The translations under genes were made by a program, and so were the position numbers. The notes beneath the pieces are model-generated. The model saw only the letters and a program-made list of their open reading frames with translations. It was not told the origin of the DNA and made no database searches. From assembly GCA_965242725.1 (NCBI GenBank), contig CBDESZ010000018.1, positions 384,001 through 448,000 of the forward strand: DNA of 64,000 nt. Reading direction: 5' to 3'. Each line of letters starts with the position of its first letter. Positions within the stretch are counted from its first letter, which is position 1. Below, one piece after another: positions 51,067 to 60,642 of the stretch. The DNA comes from Alkalispirochaeta sp. (GTDB taxonomy: Bacteria > Spirochaetota > Spirochaetia > DSM-27196 > Alkalispirochaetaceae).

Positions 51067-52371
51067 CTAATACCGCCTCTGTCCCTTCAGGTAGATTGAT
51101 ACGCGTCCCGTCGATTCCGAAACGGCAACGCTGAGCGAATCCGTCACCGCGGTAATAGCCCGGGCACTCGCGTGGCGGGCGCCTTCGCCGGGATGGTGGT
51201 CCAGCTGTCCCGGTGAGACCGCCAGGTACGTTCCCGCGGAAACCACCGTGCCGTCCACATCGATGACAAATGCTCCGTCAATCTTGGAAAACTCCTTGAT
51301 CGTCTCGTCCAGGGAGGGATCGAGAATGTTTCGCGCCTCCTCGGGATACCCGAGAAAGGGATTTACGATGAGCTGATGGGTATAGGGGGCGATATCCGCG
51401 ACGTGGCCGATGACAAAAAGGGCGCCGATGGGCTTCCCTTCCCGCCCTTCCCGTCCAAGTTCTTCAGCGATTTCGAGGACCCGTCCGGAAACGGACGCGT
51501 CAATATGAGGAAGGAGACGCTCACCCGTCGCCTCATCGCGTCGAACGATCCGTATTGACGAAATTCGGTTTGATCCCCGAACCCCCGACAGGACGACAAG
51601 AATCTCGGTATTCCCGAATGCACCGTCCATAAGAAGACGGATGAGCTCCCGTTGAACCGTCCCCGGATCCCAGAAGGACGTCCGTACTCCTTCAATCCAG
51701 CGGACCCTTACGGTTTCTCTTTCGTGACACCGGTCGCACAGTATGTATCCCTGAAACGACGGATAGGTATTCAGAAAATCGGTACCCTCGGAAAAGGTGT
51801 CGCCCATGAGTACCAGTGCGGCGCCGGGTGTCTTTCCCCGGATCTCCAATGCGGCATCGATGCAGCGGTGATTCACGTCGTCTCTGACCGATCCGTCCCG
51901 TGCGGTGTCCAGCGATTCCGCATGGTCGGCAATGATATCGACGATTTCCGATTCGTTCGGGCTGTCGATGATGCGCCGTATCACTCCCTCATAGCGCAGT
52001 ATCCGGGCAATAGTCGCCATTGTCCTGAGATGGTTCCGGTCACCGCCGGCAAACAGTACGGCGATTCTGATTGACTGTCCCGGAATACCCCAGTCTATCG
52101 CCTCGGACAGCACCCCCACGACGACGATGTTGTCTGAAACACCCGATTTGACTGCGTGGGGAAAGGCGATCTGTTCCGCCACAATAGACGATACGATCGC
52201 CTCCCGGTCGACGGCGAGACGTTCGATCTCTCCTGCAGTGAGGTCGTCACAGAGGTCGCCCGCACGACCGGCAAGCTCGGCAATGGCGTTTTCTTTCGTC
52301 GATGAATGGAGAAACAGTGCACTGAGGACGGTGAGGCCCGCCTGTTCGCTCTGTAGGACCCGTTTGACCAC
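51067..52371 (-). CDS. PTS EIIA(2)-domain / diadenylate cyclase (DisA_N, DacZ-like) fusion
   Basis: N-terminal REAIVSS...IAFPHA EIIA motif; C-terminal EGREGKPIGALF, KIDGAF, GARHASA, AVSESTG. Confidence 0.85.
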   Translation of the reverse strand: MVKRVLQSEQAGLTVLSALFLHSSTKENAIAELAGRAGDLCDDLTAGEIERLAVDREAIVSSIVAEQIAFPHAVKSGVSDNIVVVGVLSEAIDWGIPGQSIRIAVLFAGGDRNHLRTMATIARILRYEGVIRRIIDSPNESEIVDIIADHAESLDTARDGSVRDDVNHRCIDAALEIRGKTPGAALVLMGDTFSEGTDFLNTYPSFQGYILCDRCHERETVRVRWIEGVRTSFWDPGTVQRELIRLLMDGAFGNTEILVVLSGVRGSNRISSIRIVRRDEATGERLLPHIDASVSGRVLEIAEELGREGREGKPIGALFVIGHVADIAPYTHQLIVNPFLGYPEEARNILDPSLDETIKEFSKIDGAFVIDVDGTVVSAGTYLAVSPGQLDHHPGEGARHASARAITAVTDSLSVAVSESTGRVSIYLKGQRRY

Positions 52372-52394
52372 AACTTCCTCCCGGACGGGACGTT

Positions 52395-52985
52395 CTAGAG
52401 CACCCCTTTGGTGGAGAGCACATCCTTCCGGGACCGATACGCCGCTCCGAGAGCGCGCCCCGTCGCTTTGAATATTGCCTCGGCGAGATGATGGCCGTTT
52501 TCACCGTAGTGGCCGATCACATGGATGTTGAGCTTTCCGTGGGAGGCGAAACCCTGAAAAAATTCCCTGACCAGGCTCAGGTCGAAGTTTCCCGCCCATC
52601 CCTGAGGATAGGTGACGCGGTACACCAGATAGCTCCTGCCACACGCGTCCACGATGACCTCCCCCAACGCATCGTCCATGGGTATCGCCGCATGACCGAA
52701 TCGCTGAATTGGTCCGTACCGGGAGACCGCTTCGGCCAGGGCGTCTCCAATGACGATGCCCACGTCTTCCACGGTATGGTGATGGTCAACATCTATGTCG
52801 CCCCGTGCCGCGAGTTCCACGGTAAATCCGCCGTGAAAAAAGAGGGCATGGAGCATATGGTCGAAAAACGGAATGCCCGTCGCAACCGTCACATCTTGAG
52901 GCCCCCGCGTTCCCTCTTCCGGCAGACCCAAACGGAGGCTGATCTGCGTTTCTTTCGTCTCTCTCGTCACGTCTACGACTCGCAC
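52395..52985 (-). CDS. hisB: Imidazoleglycerol-phosphate dehydratase
   Basis: RETKET, FFDHML, HHTVED, PMDDAL, NGHHLAEAIFKA, STKG. Confidence 0.95.
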   Translation of the reverse strand: MRVVDVTRETKETQISLRLGLPEEGTRGPQDVTVATGIPFFDHMLHALFFHGGFTVELAARGDIDVDHHHTVEDVGIVIGDALAEAVSRYGPIQRFGHAAIPMDDALGEVIVDACGRSYLVYRVTYPQGWAGNFDLSLVREFFQGFASHGKLNIHVIGHYGENGHHLAEAIFKATGRALGAAYRSRKDVLSTKGVL

Positions 52986-52987
52986 AC

Positions 52988-53941
52988 CTACCCCCTGATA
53001 GATCCTTCGTCCAGATCCGTCAATTCTTTCAGCCGGGGAGGATCGTTTCCCGGTCGGGAACACGTCCCGGCTGATACCGCTGCGGCGAAACGCAGCATCT
53101 TCGTCGCCTGTCCCTCGGTGAGGGAAGAAATGGCGGTATTGTCCAAAAGTCCGTTATGATACAGCCACGCCAAGAGGCCGCCGTGAAAGGAGTCTCCCGC
53201 ACCGACAGTATCGGCAACGGTCACCTGTCGGGCCGGTTCGAAAACCGAAAAACTCCCGGTATACGCCGTCGCGCCCCGCGCACCTTCGGTAACGACGATA
53301 AGGTGTGCCCCCGCTTCGAGCATTTCCGCCGCGGCCGCCGGCTTGTCGGTGGACTTGGAAATCCAAAGCAGGTCCTCATCACTTATCTTTACAATGGTGC
53401 TTGCTCCTATCGCCCGTTCGATTCTTGTGCGGTAGGCATCCTCATCTTCGATGATCGACTCCCGGATATTGGGGTCAAATGAGACGACCCTGGACCGACG
53501 CTCCCGTTCAACCAGGCGGATTATGGACGGTCCCACGGGACTGGCGATTAGGGATATGGAGCCAAATTGAATCGCCTGCACTTCTTCCGGTATCTCCGGC
53601 AGATCATCGACGGTTACGGCGCGGTCGGCCGCATTTTCACAGAAAAACGCATATCGTGCTTCTCCGCTGTCGGAGCGTTTCACGAATGCCAGGGTGCTCA
53701 AACGTCTGTCCCGGAGCAGATACTCCGTGCCCACCCCGTTCTCCCGTAAATGGGCGACAAGGAGGTCACCAAAAAAATCGGTGGAAATCCTGCCGAAAAA
53801 GGAGTTGGGAACCTCCAGGCGAGCCGTCGCGATCGCCGTATTGTAGGGCGATCCACCTGGGACGGGCACATACGCGCCCTTGCCGTTCCTGTCCGCAGTC
53901 GGAATAAAATCTATAAGTGCTTCACCCGTGTGAACTATCAT
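52988..53941 (-). CDS. PfkB-family carbohydrate kinase (fructokinase-like)
   Basis: GEALID, GGSPYN, FDPNIR, DTVGAGDSF. Confidence 0.92.
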   Translation of the reverse strand: MIVHTGEALIDFIPTADRNGKGAYVPVPGGSPYNTAIATARLEVPNSFFGRISTDFFGDLLVAHLRENGVGTEYLLRDRRLSTLAFVKRSDSGEARYAFFCENAADRAVTVDDLPEIPEEVQAIQFGSISLIASPVGPSIIRLVERERRSRVVSFDPNIRESIIEDEDAYRTRIERAIGASTIVKISDEDLLWISKSTDKPAAAAEMLEAGAHLIVVTEGARGATAYTGSFSVFEPARQVTVADTVGAGDSFHGGLLAWLYHNGLLDNTAISSLTEGQATKMLRFAAAVSAGTCSRPGNDPPRLKELTDLDEGSIRG

Positions 53942-53972
53942 GGTCCCAGTATAGTCTAATGATCAGCTCTCG

Positions 53973-56900
53973 TCAGCTCGGATCGTATGCCAGCACGGCC
54001 CGGAGCCAGCGTTCCGCCTCATCCATGGTGAATCCCTGACGGCGTGCCCAGTCAGAAACCTGATCACGCTGAAGTTTTCCCACCCCGAAGTACTGACTCT
54101 GGGGATGGGAGAAGTAGAAGCCGCTGGTAGCCGCAGCGGGAAGCATCATATAGCTCTCGGTAAGCCCGATATCAAGCTCTTCGGCTCGAAGCATTTCAAA
54201 GAGCATTCCCTTGTCGTGATGGTCGGGACACGGCGGATACCCGGGCGCCGGACGTATGCCCTGATACCTTATGGCGAAAAGGTCTTCCTTTGACAGCGAT
54301 TCCTCGGGAGCATATCCCCACCATTGCGTACGGACCTCCTCGTGAAGACGTTCCGCAAAAGCTTCAGCGAGACGGTCGGCGAGAATCTTGGCGAGAATCT
54401 CTTTGTAGTCGTCACCGCTGTCCCTGAATTTCCGGACGTATCGCTCCAGTCCGAATCCCGTATTTGTGCAAAACCCGCCGATATAGTCCCTGGTATCCGT
54501 ACCCTTTTCGGCGACGAAATCTGATAGAGAGAGGTAGTAATCGACGCTCTCCTTCTTTTTCTGCTGTCGCAGGGTGTGCCATGTCGCAAGAACGTGTGAT
54601 CGCGTCTCGTCGCTGTATATTTCGATCGAATCGTCGGGGGTGCGCGCCGCGGGATAGAGAAAGATGGCGGCCCGGGCCTCAAGAGCGTGCTCTTTCACGA
54701 TTTCATCGAGCATCTCCTGGGCGTCGTCATAGAGTCGGCGCGCCTCCTCGCCAACCTGGGGATCGTCGAATATGGCCGGGAACTTTCCCTTCATTTGCCA
54801 TGCGATGAAGAAAAAGGTCCAGTCGATGTACTCCCTGAGAACCTCAATAGGATACTCCCGGAAGTGTTTGACTCCCAGCGTGGCGGGCACGGAGGGCGGC
54901 GTTGAAAAATCGGGCCTGAAGCGCGCCTTGCGGGCGTCTTCAATTGACAGATACTCCCGGGCCTGCGTCTTTTCCGCCTGCTTCTGTCGCGTCTTCTCGT
55001 GATCCGCCTCGATTTCCGCCGCCAGTTGTCCCCTCGTCGCCGGGTTCAGCAATCTGTTGACGATGCCGACGGCGAGAGAGGCGTCCTTGACGTGGACGAT
55101 GGGCTGATGGTACTGGGGAGCGATCTTCACGGAGGTATGTACCTTGCTCGTCGTTGCCCCGCCGATGAGCAGGGGTAGTTCAAACCCCTGGCGTTCCATC
55201 TCCTGGGCGACATTGACCATTTCGTCGAGACTGGGCGTAATGAGGCCGGACAGACCGACAATGTCGACCTTTTCCCGGCGCGCCGTATCGAGGATGTCTT
55301 CCGTCGGCACCATGACACCCATATCGATGATGTCGAAGTTATTGCTTGCGAGAACAACGCCGACGATGTTCTTGCCGATGTCATGAACATCGCCCTTGAC
55401 CGTGGCGAGCAGGATCTTTCCCTTGTCGGCGCTGTCTCCCTCACCTTTCTCCGCCTCTATGAAGGGCTCAAGATAGGCCACAGCCTGTTTCATCACCCGC
55501 GCGCTTTTTACCACCTGGGGCAGGAACATCTTTCCCGAACCAAAGAGGTCACCGACGATGTTCATACCGTCCATAAGAGGTCCCTCTATCACATGCAACG
55601 CCCGGTCCATCTTCTGACGCGCTTCTTCCACGTCATCCTCGATGAAGGCGGTGATGCCCCGCATGAGGGAATAGGAGAGACGCCCTTCGACGGGCTGTTC
55701 CCGCCAGGCAAGGTCTTCCTGCCGAGCCGAGGTGCGCCCGGCGTATGAATCCGCGATATCAAGGAGATTCTCCGTCGCCTCGGACGTTCTATTGAGGACG
55801 AGGTCCTCCACGGCGGTTTTCAGCTCCCCGGGAATTTCGTCGTAGACCGTCAACTGGCCGGCGTTGACGATTCCCATGCTCATTCCCGCCTGCAGCGCGT
55901 GATAGAGGAATACCGAATGGATCGCCTCCCGGACGCGATCCATCCCCCGGAAGGAGAAACTGACGTTGCTTACCCCGCCGGATACCTTCGCGTCCGGAAG
56001 ATGTTCCCGAATCCATCTGGTCGCATTGATAAAATCGACTGCATAATTACGGTGTTCTTCAATGCCGGTACCGATGGCAAAAATATTGGGGTCAAAAATA
56101 ATATCTTCCGGCGGGAATCCCGCTTCCCTGGTGAGGATGTCATAGCTCCGCTTGCAGATGTCGATTTTTCTCCGGTAGGTATCGGCCTGCCCTTCTTCAT
56201 CAAACGCCATGACGATTGCGGCCGCTCCATAGTCCCGTATGGTCCGCGCATGGGCGAGAAACTCGTCCTTCCCTTCCTTGAGTGAGATCGAATTGACGAT
56301 TCCCTTACCCTGAACCCATTTGAGTCCCGCTTCTATCACTGAAAATTTGCTGGAATCGATCATGACCGGAACGCGACAGATCTCGGGTTCCGTCGCCAGA
56401 AGTTTGAGAAAGCGTTCCATCTCGGCGGCGCTGTCCAGCATCGCTTCATCCATATTGATGTCGATGATCTGAGCACCGTTTTCAACCTGATCGAGGGCGA
56501 CGTCGAGGGCTTCCTGATGGTTGCCCTCCCGTATGAGACGGGCAAATTTCTTGCTGCCTGTGACGTTTGTTCGTTCTCCGACGTTTACAAATCCTGTATG
56601 TCCCGCAATTTCGAGCGGTTCCAGCCCGGACAGGCGCATTGTATGGGGATCGTCGGGAATCACCCGCGGCTCGTAGCCCCTGCACCGCTCGATAATCTGA
56701 CGAAGGTGCTCTTTGGTGGTACCGCAGCAGCCTCCGACAATATTGACAAGACCGTCGGCCGCCATCGATCCCAATACGGCAGCCATGTGCTCCGGTGTGT
56801 CGTCGTATTCACCGAATTCGTTGGGAAGTCCCGCATTGGGATGAACGCTTACTGGCTGCTGCGATACCTTTCCAAGCTCCCGGACATATCGCCTGAGCTG

Positions 56901-57671
56901 GTCCGCACCGAGGGCACAGTTGAGACCGATCGAGAAGGCGTCGGAGTGACGGACCGAATAATAAAAAGCTTCCGTCGTCTGCCCCGAGAGGGTGCGCCCG
57001 CTCTGGTCGGTGATCGTTCCTGAAATCATGACAGGTACAACTTCACCTGTCCGGTGAGCATACCGTCTGGCCGCAAGTATGGCCGCCTTTGCGTTCAGCG
57101 TGTCAAATATCGTCTCAATCATGATCAGATCGACACCGCCCTCGAGGAGTCCCTCCAGGGCGTTCGCGTAATCCGCAGTCAGCCGGTCAAAACTGATGGC
57201 GCGATAGCCCGGATCGTTCACATCAGGTGACATGGAGAGCGTCTTGTTTGTCGGGCCGAGGATTCCGGCGACAAAACGCGGATGGTCGGGATTCCGTTCG
57301 GTAAACTCGTCGGCAACGGAGCGGGCAAGGCGCGCCGAGGTTCGGTTGAGTTCCCGCACAAACGCCGGATCGTCGAGACCGTAATCGCTCTGGGAGACGG
57401 AAGTCGCGTTGAAGGTGTTCGTTTCCACAATGTCGGCTCCGACCTCGAGAAATCCTCGGTGGATCTCGCCGATAATCTCCGGCTTCGTCATGGAAAGAAT
57501 GTCGTTATTGCCCTTCAGCGCCAGGGGATGATCGTTGAAACGTGCTCCCCGGTAGTCCTCTTCGCCAAGGCGGTAGGTCTGGATGTTGGTTCCCATCGCG
57601 CCGTCAAGAAAGAGAATCCGCTGTTCCACCGCTTTTCTCAGATAGGAATACCGTTTACTTCGTTCCGTCAA
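53973..57671 (-). CDS. metH: Cobalamin-dependent methionine synthase
   Basis: DGAMGT, GLNCA, GGCCGT, GERTNV, DVHDIG B12 motif, RPAPGYP. Confidence 0.97.
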   Translation of the reverse strand: MTERSKRYSYLRKAVEQRILFLDGAMGTNIQTYRLGEEDYRGARFNDHPLALKGNNDILSMTKPEIIGEIHRGFLEVGADIVETNTFNATSVSQSDYGLDDPAFVRELNRTSARLARSVADEFTERNPDHPRFVAGILGPTNKTLSMSPDVNDPGYRAISFDRLTADYANALEGLLEGGVDLIMIETIFDTLNAKAAILAARRYAHRTGEVVPVMISGTITDQSGRTLSGQTTEAFYYSVRHSDAFSIGLNCALGADQLRRYVRELGKVSQQPVSVHPNAGLPNEFGEYDDTPEHMAAVLGSMAADGLVNIVGGCCGTTKEHLRQIIERCRGYEPRVIPDDPHTMRLSGLEPLEIAGHTGFVNVGERTNVTGSKKFARLIREGNHQEALDVALDQVENGAQIIDINMDEAMLDSAAEMERFLKLLATEPEICRVPVMIDSSKFSVIEAGLKWVQGKGIVNSISLKEGKDEFLAHARTIRDYGAAAIVMAFDEEGQADTYRRKIDICKRSYDILTREAGFPPEDIIFDPNIFAIGTGIEEHRNYAVDFINATRWIREHLPDAKVSGGVSNVSFSFRGMDRVREAIHSVFLYHALQAGMSMGIVNAGQLTVYDEIPGELKTAVEDLVLNRTSEATENLLDIADSYAGRTSARQEDLAWREQPVEGRLSYSLMRGITAFIEDDVEEARQKMDRALHVIEGPLMDGMNIVGDLFGSGKMFLPQVVKSARVMKQAVAYLEPFIEAEKGEGDSADKGKILLATVKGDVHDIGKNIVGVVLASNNFDIIDMGVMVPTEDILDTARREKVDIVGLSGLITPSLDEMVNVAQEMERQGFELPLLIGGATTSKVHTSVKIAPQYHQPIVHVKDASLAVGIVNRLLNPATRGQLAAEIEADHEKTRQKQAEKTQAREYLSIEDARKARFRPDFSTPPSVPATLGVKHFREYPIEVLREYIDWTFFFIAWQMKGKFPAIFDDPQVGEEARRLYDDAQEMLDEIVKEHALEARAAIFLYPAARTPDDSIEIYSDETRSHVLATWHTLRQQKKKESVDYYLSLSDFVAEKGTDTRDYIGGFCTNTGFGLERYVRKFRDSGDDYKEILAKILADRLAEAFAERLHEEVRTQWWGYAPEESLSKEDLFAIRYQGIRPAPGYPPCPDHHDKGMLFEMLRAEELDIGLTESYMMLPAAATSGFYFSHPQSQYFGVGKLQRDQVSDWARRQGFTMDEAERWLRAVLAYDPS

Positions 57672-57796
57672 AGCTGTCTCCTTTGATCAGAAAATACCAT
57701 ACCCTCCGTGAAGTATCTACACGGAAGGATTCCGCACGTTTGCTTATGTAAAATCAATTTGCAACGCGAAAACCGTTCAGGACGGCTCCGTATACC

Positions 57797-59053
57797 TCAC
57801 ATGCGATCCCACGCCGGGAGGGAGGGGGATATTTTGGGAAAAAGTACCGATGCAATCATGCGCGCCTTTCGTCCTGATACGGAGATCTCTCCTGAAGCGA
57901 TAAGCTCATCTACGGAATGGGTGCCGAATATCAGGCGAACTACCGATTCACCGGCCTCTACCCACGGAACAACCTCATCCCGCTCATCCCCTCCGGCGGA
58001 GGGGAGGCTCGCGACCGGCGACACGGCGATAACCCCATCTGTTTCGGAAAGAACGCATTGCTCCCTGGAATCGGAAAGGACGAGAAGCGGGCGCTCCCCT
58101 CCCATTCTCCCGCCGTCATCGGTCCCGCCGATCAACGGTCGGATCTCCTCATAGCGCCCGGTCAGTTCGACCTTCATCGCGGACAACGATCGGGAGAGCG
58201 CGATGATCCTCCCCATCGGTCCGCCGTTGGGACGGTAGTCTTCGGTAGCCCGATAGGGCCCGCGCCGAAGTGATCTCACATATGGCGATGCAGGGGGCAT
58301 GTTCCGTAATAGGAGGTATTCACAGCGGCTGCGTGTCGACAGTTCCTTCAGAACCGACATGACCACCTCGGGTTCGCCGGCGAGGTCGGAAACGTACAGA
58401 ATTCCTTCCGACGGCCCGCAAACGACGTACCCCGATACCGCCCCCGTCCCGTCGCGCCAGAGATGCCCCGATCCGAGAGATGAACGGGGATTCCTGCGAT
58501 AGGTCGGACGTACCGCCGTGCCGGGAACATCGCGGTACCAGAAATTGGCGCACCCGGCAATTTCCTCCCAATCATTGATATCTTCAAGTTTCGGAATCGT
58601 CCGTGAAGGCAAATCCTCCGCCCGGGCGCGCCAGTTCATTTCCGGCCAGATTGTGACGTATCCGAATCGGTGGTAGAAATCAGATATGCCGTACAGCAGT
58701 GTGGCGTGATAGCCCGCCCCGTCAAGGTGTTCCACTACCGCGCGGGCGAGACGGGCGACGATCCCCTGCCGCCGCCAGTCGGGGTGGCACGCCACCGCAC
58801 CGATACCGGCAACACGAAGACGGCCTTCACCGAATCGCATTGTAAGGTCCCATACGCCAAAGTGGGCAACGAGTTTGTCTCCGGCAAAGGCGAGGCGAGT
58901 TGACTCCCAGTCATACGGGCCATTCAGAATATATCCGTCCCTGCATCGCTCCCGCCATTCCCAGTAGTTCTTGAAGGTCTTTCCCGTCAAATCCACTATT
59001 CCGTCGTAGTCACGATCGGGATCGGCGGGACGTATCGTGATTTCCCGTTCCAT
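57797..59053 (-). CDS. GNAT acetyltransferase (Eis-like)
   Basis: AGIGAVACHPDWRRQG, FYHRFGY; SCP2-like C-terminal region. Confidence 0.8.
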   Translation of the reverse strand: MEREITIRPADPDRDYDGIVDLTGKTFKNYWEWRERCRDGYILNGPYDWESTRLAFAGDKLVAHFGVWDLTMRFGEGRLRVAGIGAVACHPDWRRQGIVARLARAVVEHLDGAGYHATLLYGISDFYHRFGYVTIWPEMNWRARAEDLPSRTIPKLEDINDWEEIAGCANFWYRDVPGTAVRPTYRRNPRSSLGSGHLWRDGTGAVSGYVVCGPSEGILYVSDLAGEPEVVMSVLKELSTRSRCEYLLLRNMPPASPYVRSLRRGPYRATEDYRPNGGPMGRIIALSRSLSAMKVELTGRYEEIRPLIGGTDDGGRMGGERPLLVLSDSREQCVLSETDGVIAVSPVASLPSAGGDERDEVVPWVEAGESVVRLIFGTHSVDELIASGEISVSGRKARMIASVLFPKISPSLPAWDRM

Positions 59054-59077
59054 CTTGCTATTTTTACCTCATCTGCC

Positions 59078-59345
59078 CGGCGGCGCAACCAGCGTCGGCG
59101 CAACACAGGGAATACGCCTTACAATAGAATTGGCCGGGCGGCGGCGCACCAAGCGCCGGTGCAAATTACGGGTAACGCCTTGCACCTGAATCGTCGGGCG
59201 GCGGCGCACCAAGCGCCGGCTGCAAAATACGGGATACGCCTTGTTCCTGAAATGTCGGGCGGCGGCGCAACCAGCGCCGGCGCAAAATTCGGGTAACGCC
59301 TTGCTCCTGAATCGTCGGGCGGCGGCGCAACCAGCGCCGGCGCAA
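59078..59345. repeat. Intergenic 60-61-bp tandem array of five GC-rich hairpin cores (REP/BIME-like)
   Basis: Core CGGCGGCGCA(AC/CC)(C/A)AGCGCCGG(C/T)GCAA at 59078, 59139, 59199, 59260 and 59320, separated by mutually similar 34-35-bp linkers. Confidence 0.9.
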
Positions 59346-59357
59346 CATGACACAGTT

Positions 59358-60563
59358 TTATCGACACCGCCGTACCGGATTCCGCAGGAGCTCTTTCAGG
59401 ACGGCTGCCGGATCCTCCACTTTTGACAGAATGATCATCGCAGCGATCACATAGGGTTTGTAACTCGCCTCACGATAGAGTGAAGCCCGGTATCGATCAA
59501 AGACGGAAGCCGCAACCTCGCCGGTCCTGCAGCTTACACCCGAGATATCGGCAGGCAGGCAGTGCATGTACAGGGCCTTACCTCGAGCCGTTGAAGCCAT
59601 TAATTCCTCGTCGGCCTGCCAGTCCATAAACTCTGCGTTACGGGCAAGCAACGTTCCTTCCAGGGCTTTGATCCCGTCCAGGTCATTTTCTCCGAAAAGC
59701 TTCGTTCGCTCTTCCATCGCGGCAAAGGGCGCCCAGCTCTTCGGATAGACCACGTCGGCCCCCGCGAAGGCTTCGGCCATCGTCTCCACCCGCTGAAAGC
59801 TTCCACCGGAAGCGCGCGCGTTCTTTCGGGCCACCTCTTCCACCTCGGGCATGACTTCATACCCGTCCGGATGGGCAAGGACGACCTCCGCGCCGAACCG
59901 CGTCATGAGACCTATGATTCCCTGGGGTACAGAAAGAGGCTTGCCGTAGGACGGACTGTACGCCCAGGTCATCGCGATTTTCTTCCCCCGAAGGGCCTGC
60001 ACGCTTCCGAAATGGTTGATAAGGTGCAATGCGTCGGCCATGCTCTGGGTAGGATGGTCGATATCACATTGGAGATTGACCAACGTTGTTCGCTGTTCCA
60101 GGATTCCCGCCTGAAATCCATCCTGCAGCGTTGATGCGAACTCACGCATATAGGCGTTTCCCCGACCGATATACATGTCGTCCCGAATCCCTACGACGTC
60201 GGCCATAAAGCTGACCATCGTCGCCGTCTCACGAACCGTCTCGCCATGGGCAATCTGACTCTTTCCTTCGTCGAGGTCCTGCACCGCCAGACCCAGCAGA
60301 TTGCACGCCGAAGAAAAGGAAAAGCGGGTGCGCGTCGAATTGTCCCGAAAAAGGCTCACCGCCAGACCGGAATCAAAGAGACGGGGCGAGATGTTGTTGG
60401 AGCGAAATCCCCGCAGAATATCGGCAAGAAGGAATACAGACTGGATTTCGTCGTCGCTTTTCTCCCAGGTCAGAAGGAAGTCGCTATTGTACATCTCTCG
60501 GGTGTTCAAGGTACCCAGAACCCTGATCGCCTCCGAGAGACCGTGCATATCGTAGGTCGGCAT
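59358..60563 (-). CDS. ygeW: Knotted carbamoyltransferase YgeW
   Basis: DFLLTW, FRDNSTRTRFS, SQIAHGETVRET, NLQCDIDHPTQ, WAYSPSYGKPLSVPQG, HCLPAD. Confidence 0.93.
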   Translation of the reverse strand: MPTYDMHGLSEAIRVLGTLNTREMYNSDFLLTWEKSDDEIQSVFLLADILRGFRSNNISPRLFDSGLAVSLFRDNSTRTRFSFSSACNLLGLAVQDLDEGKSQIAHGETVRETATMVSFMADVVGIRDDMYIGRGNAYMREFASTLQDGFQAGILEQRTTLVNLQCDIDHPTQSMADALHLINHFGSVQALRGKKIAMTWAYSPSYGKPLSVPQGIIGLMTRFGAEVVLAHPDGYEVMPEVEEVARKNARASGGSFQRVETMAEAFAGADVVYPKSWAPFAAMEERTKLFGENDLDGIKALEGTLLARNAEFMDWQADEELMASTARGKALYMHCLPADISGVSCRTGEVAASVFDRYRASLYREASYKPYVIAAMIILSKVEDPAAVLKELLRNPVRRCR

Positions 60564-60642
60564 GAGTCTGTCCTCCATGTGCGAAACCCGGCAGGAAGGC
60601 TGGCGCGAATGCCCATACGGTCGCGCCGGGATCGCCGATTCG

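Noticed and set aside
57672..57796. SAM or cobalamin riboswitch upstream of metH
   Set aside because: Only one hairpin (TCCGTG/CACGGA) is visible; no SAM-I or B12-box consensus could be matched, and the gap is short.
59078..59345. CRISPR array
   Set aside because: Repeat and spacer lengths fit, but the spacers are homologous to each other, the repeats vary internally, and there are no cas genes in the window.
59069..59426. Short ORFs across the repeat (59069-59353, 59119-59367, 59166-59348, 59241-59426)
   Set aside because: Repetitive translations of the GC-rich tandem array, open in several frames, with no RBS.
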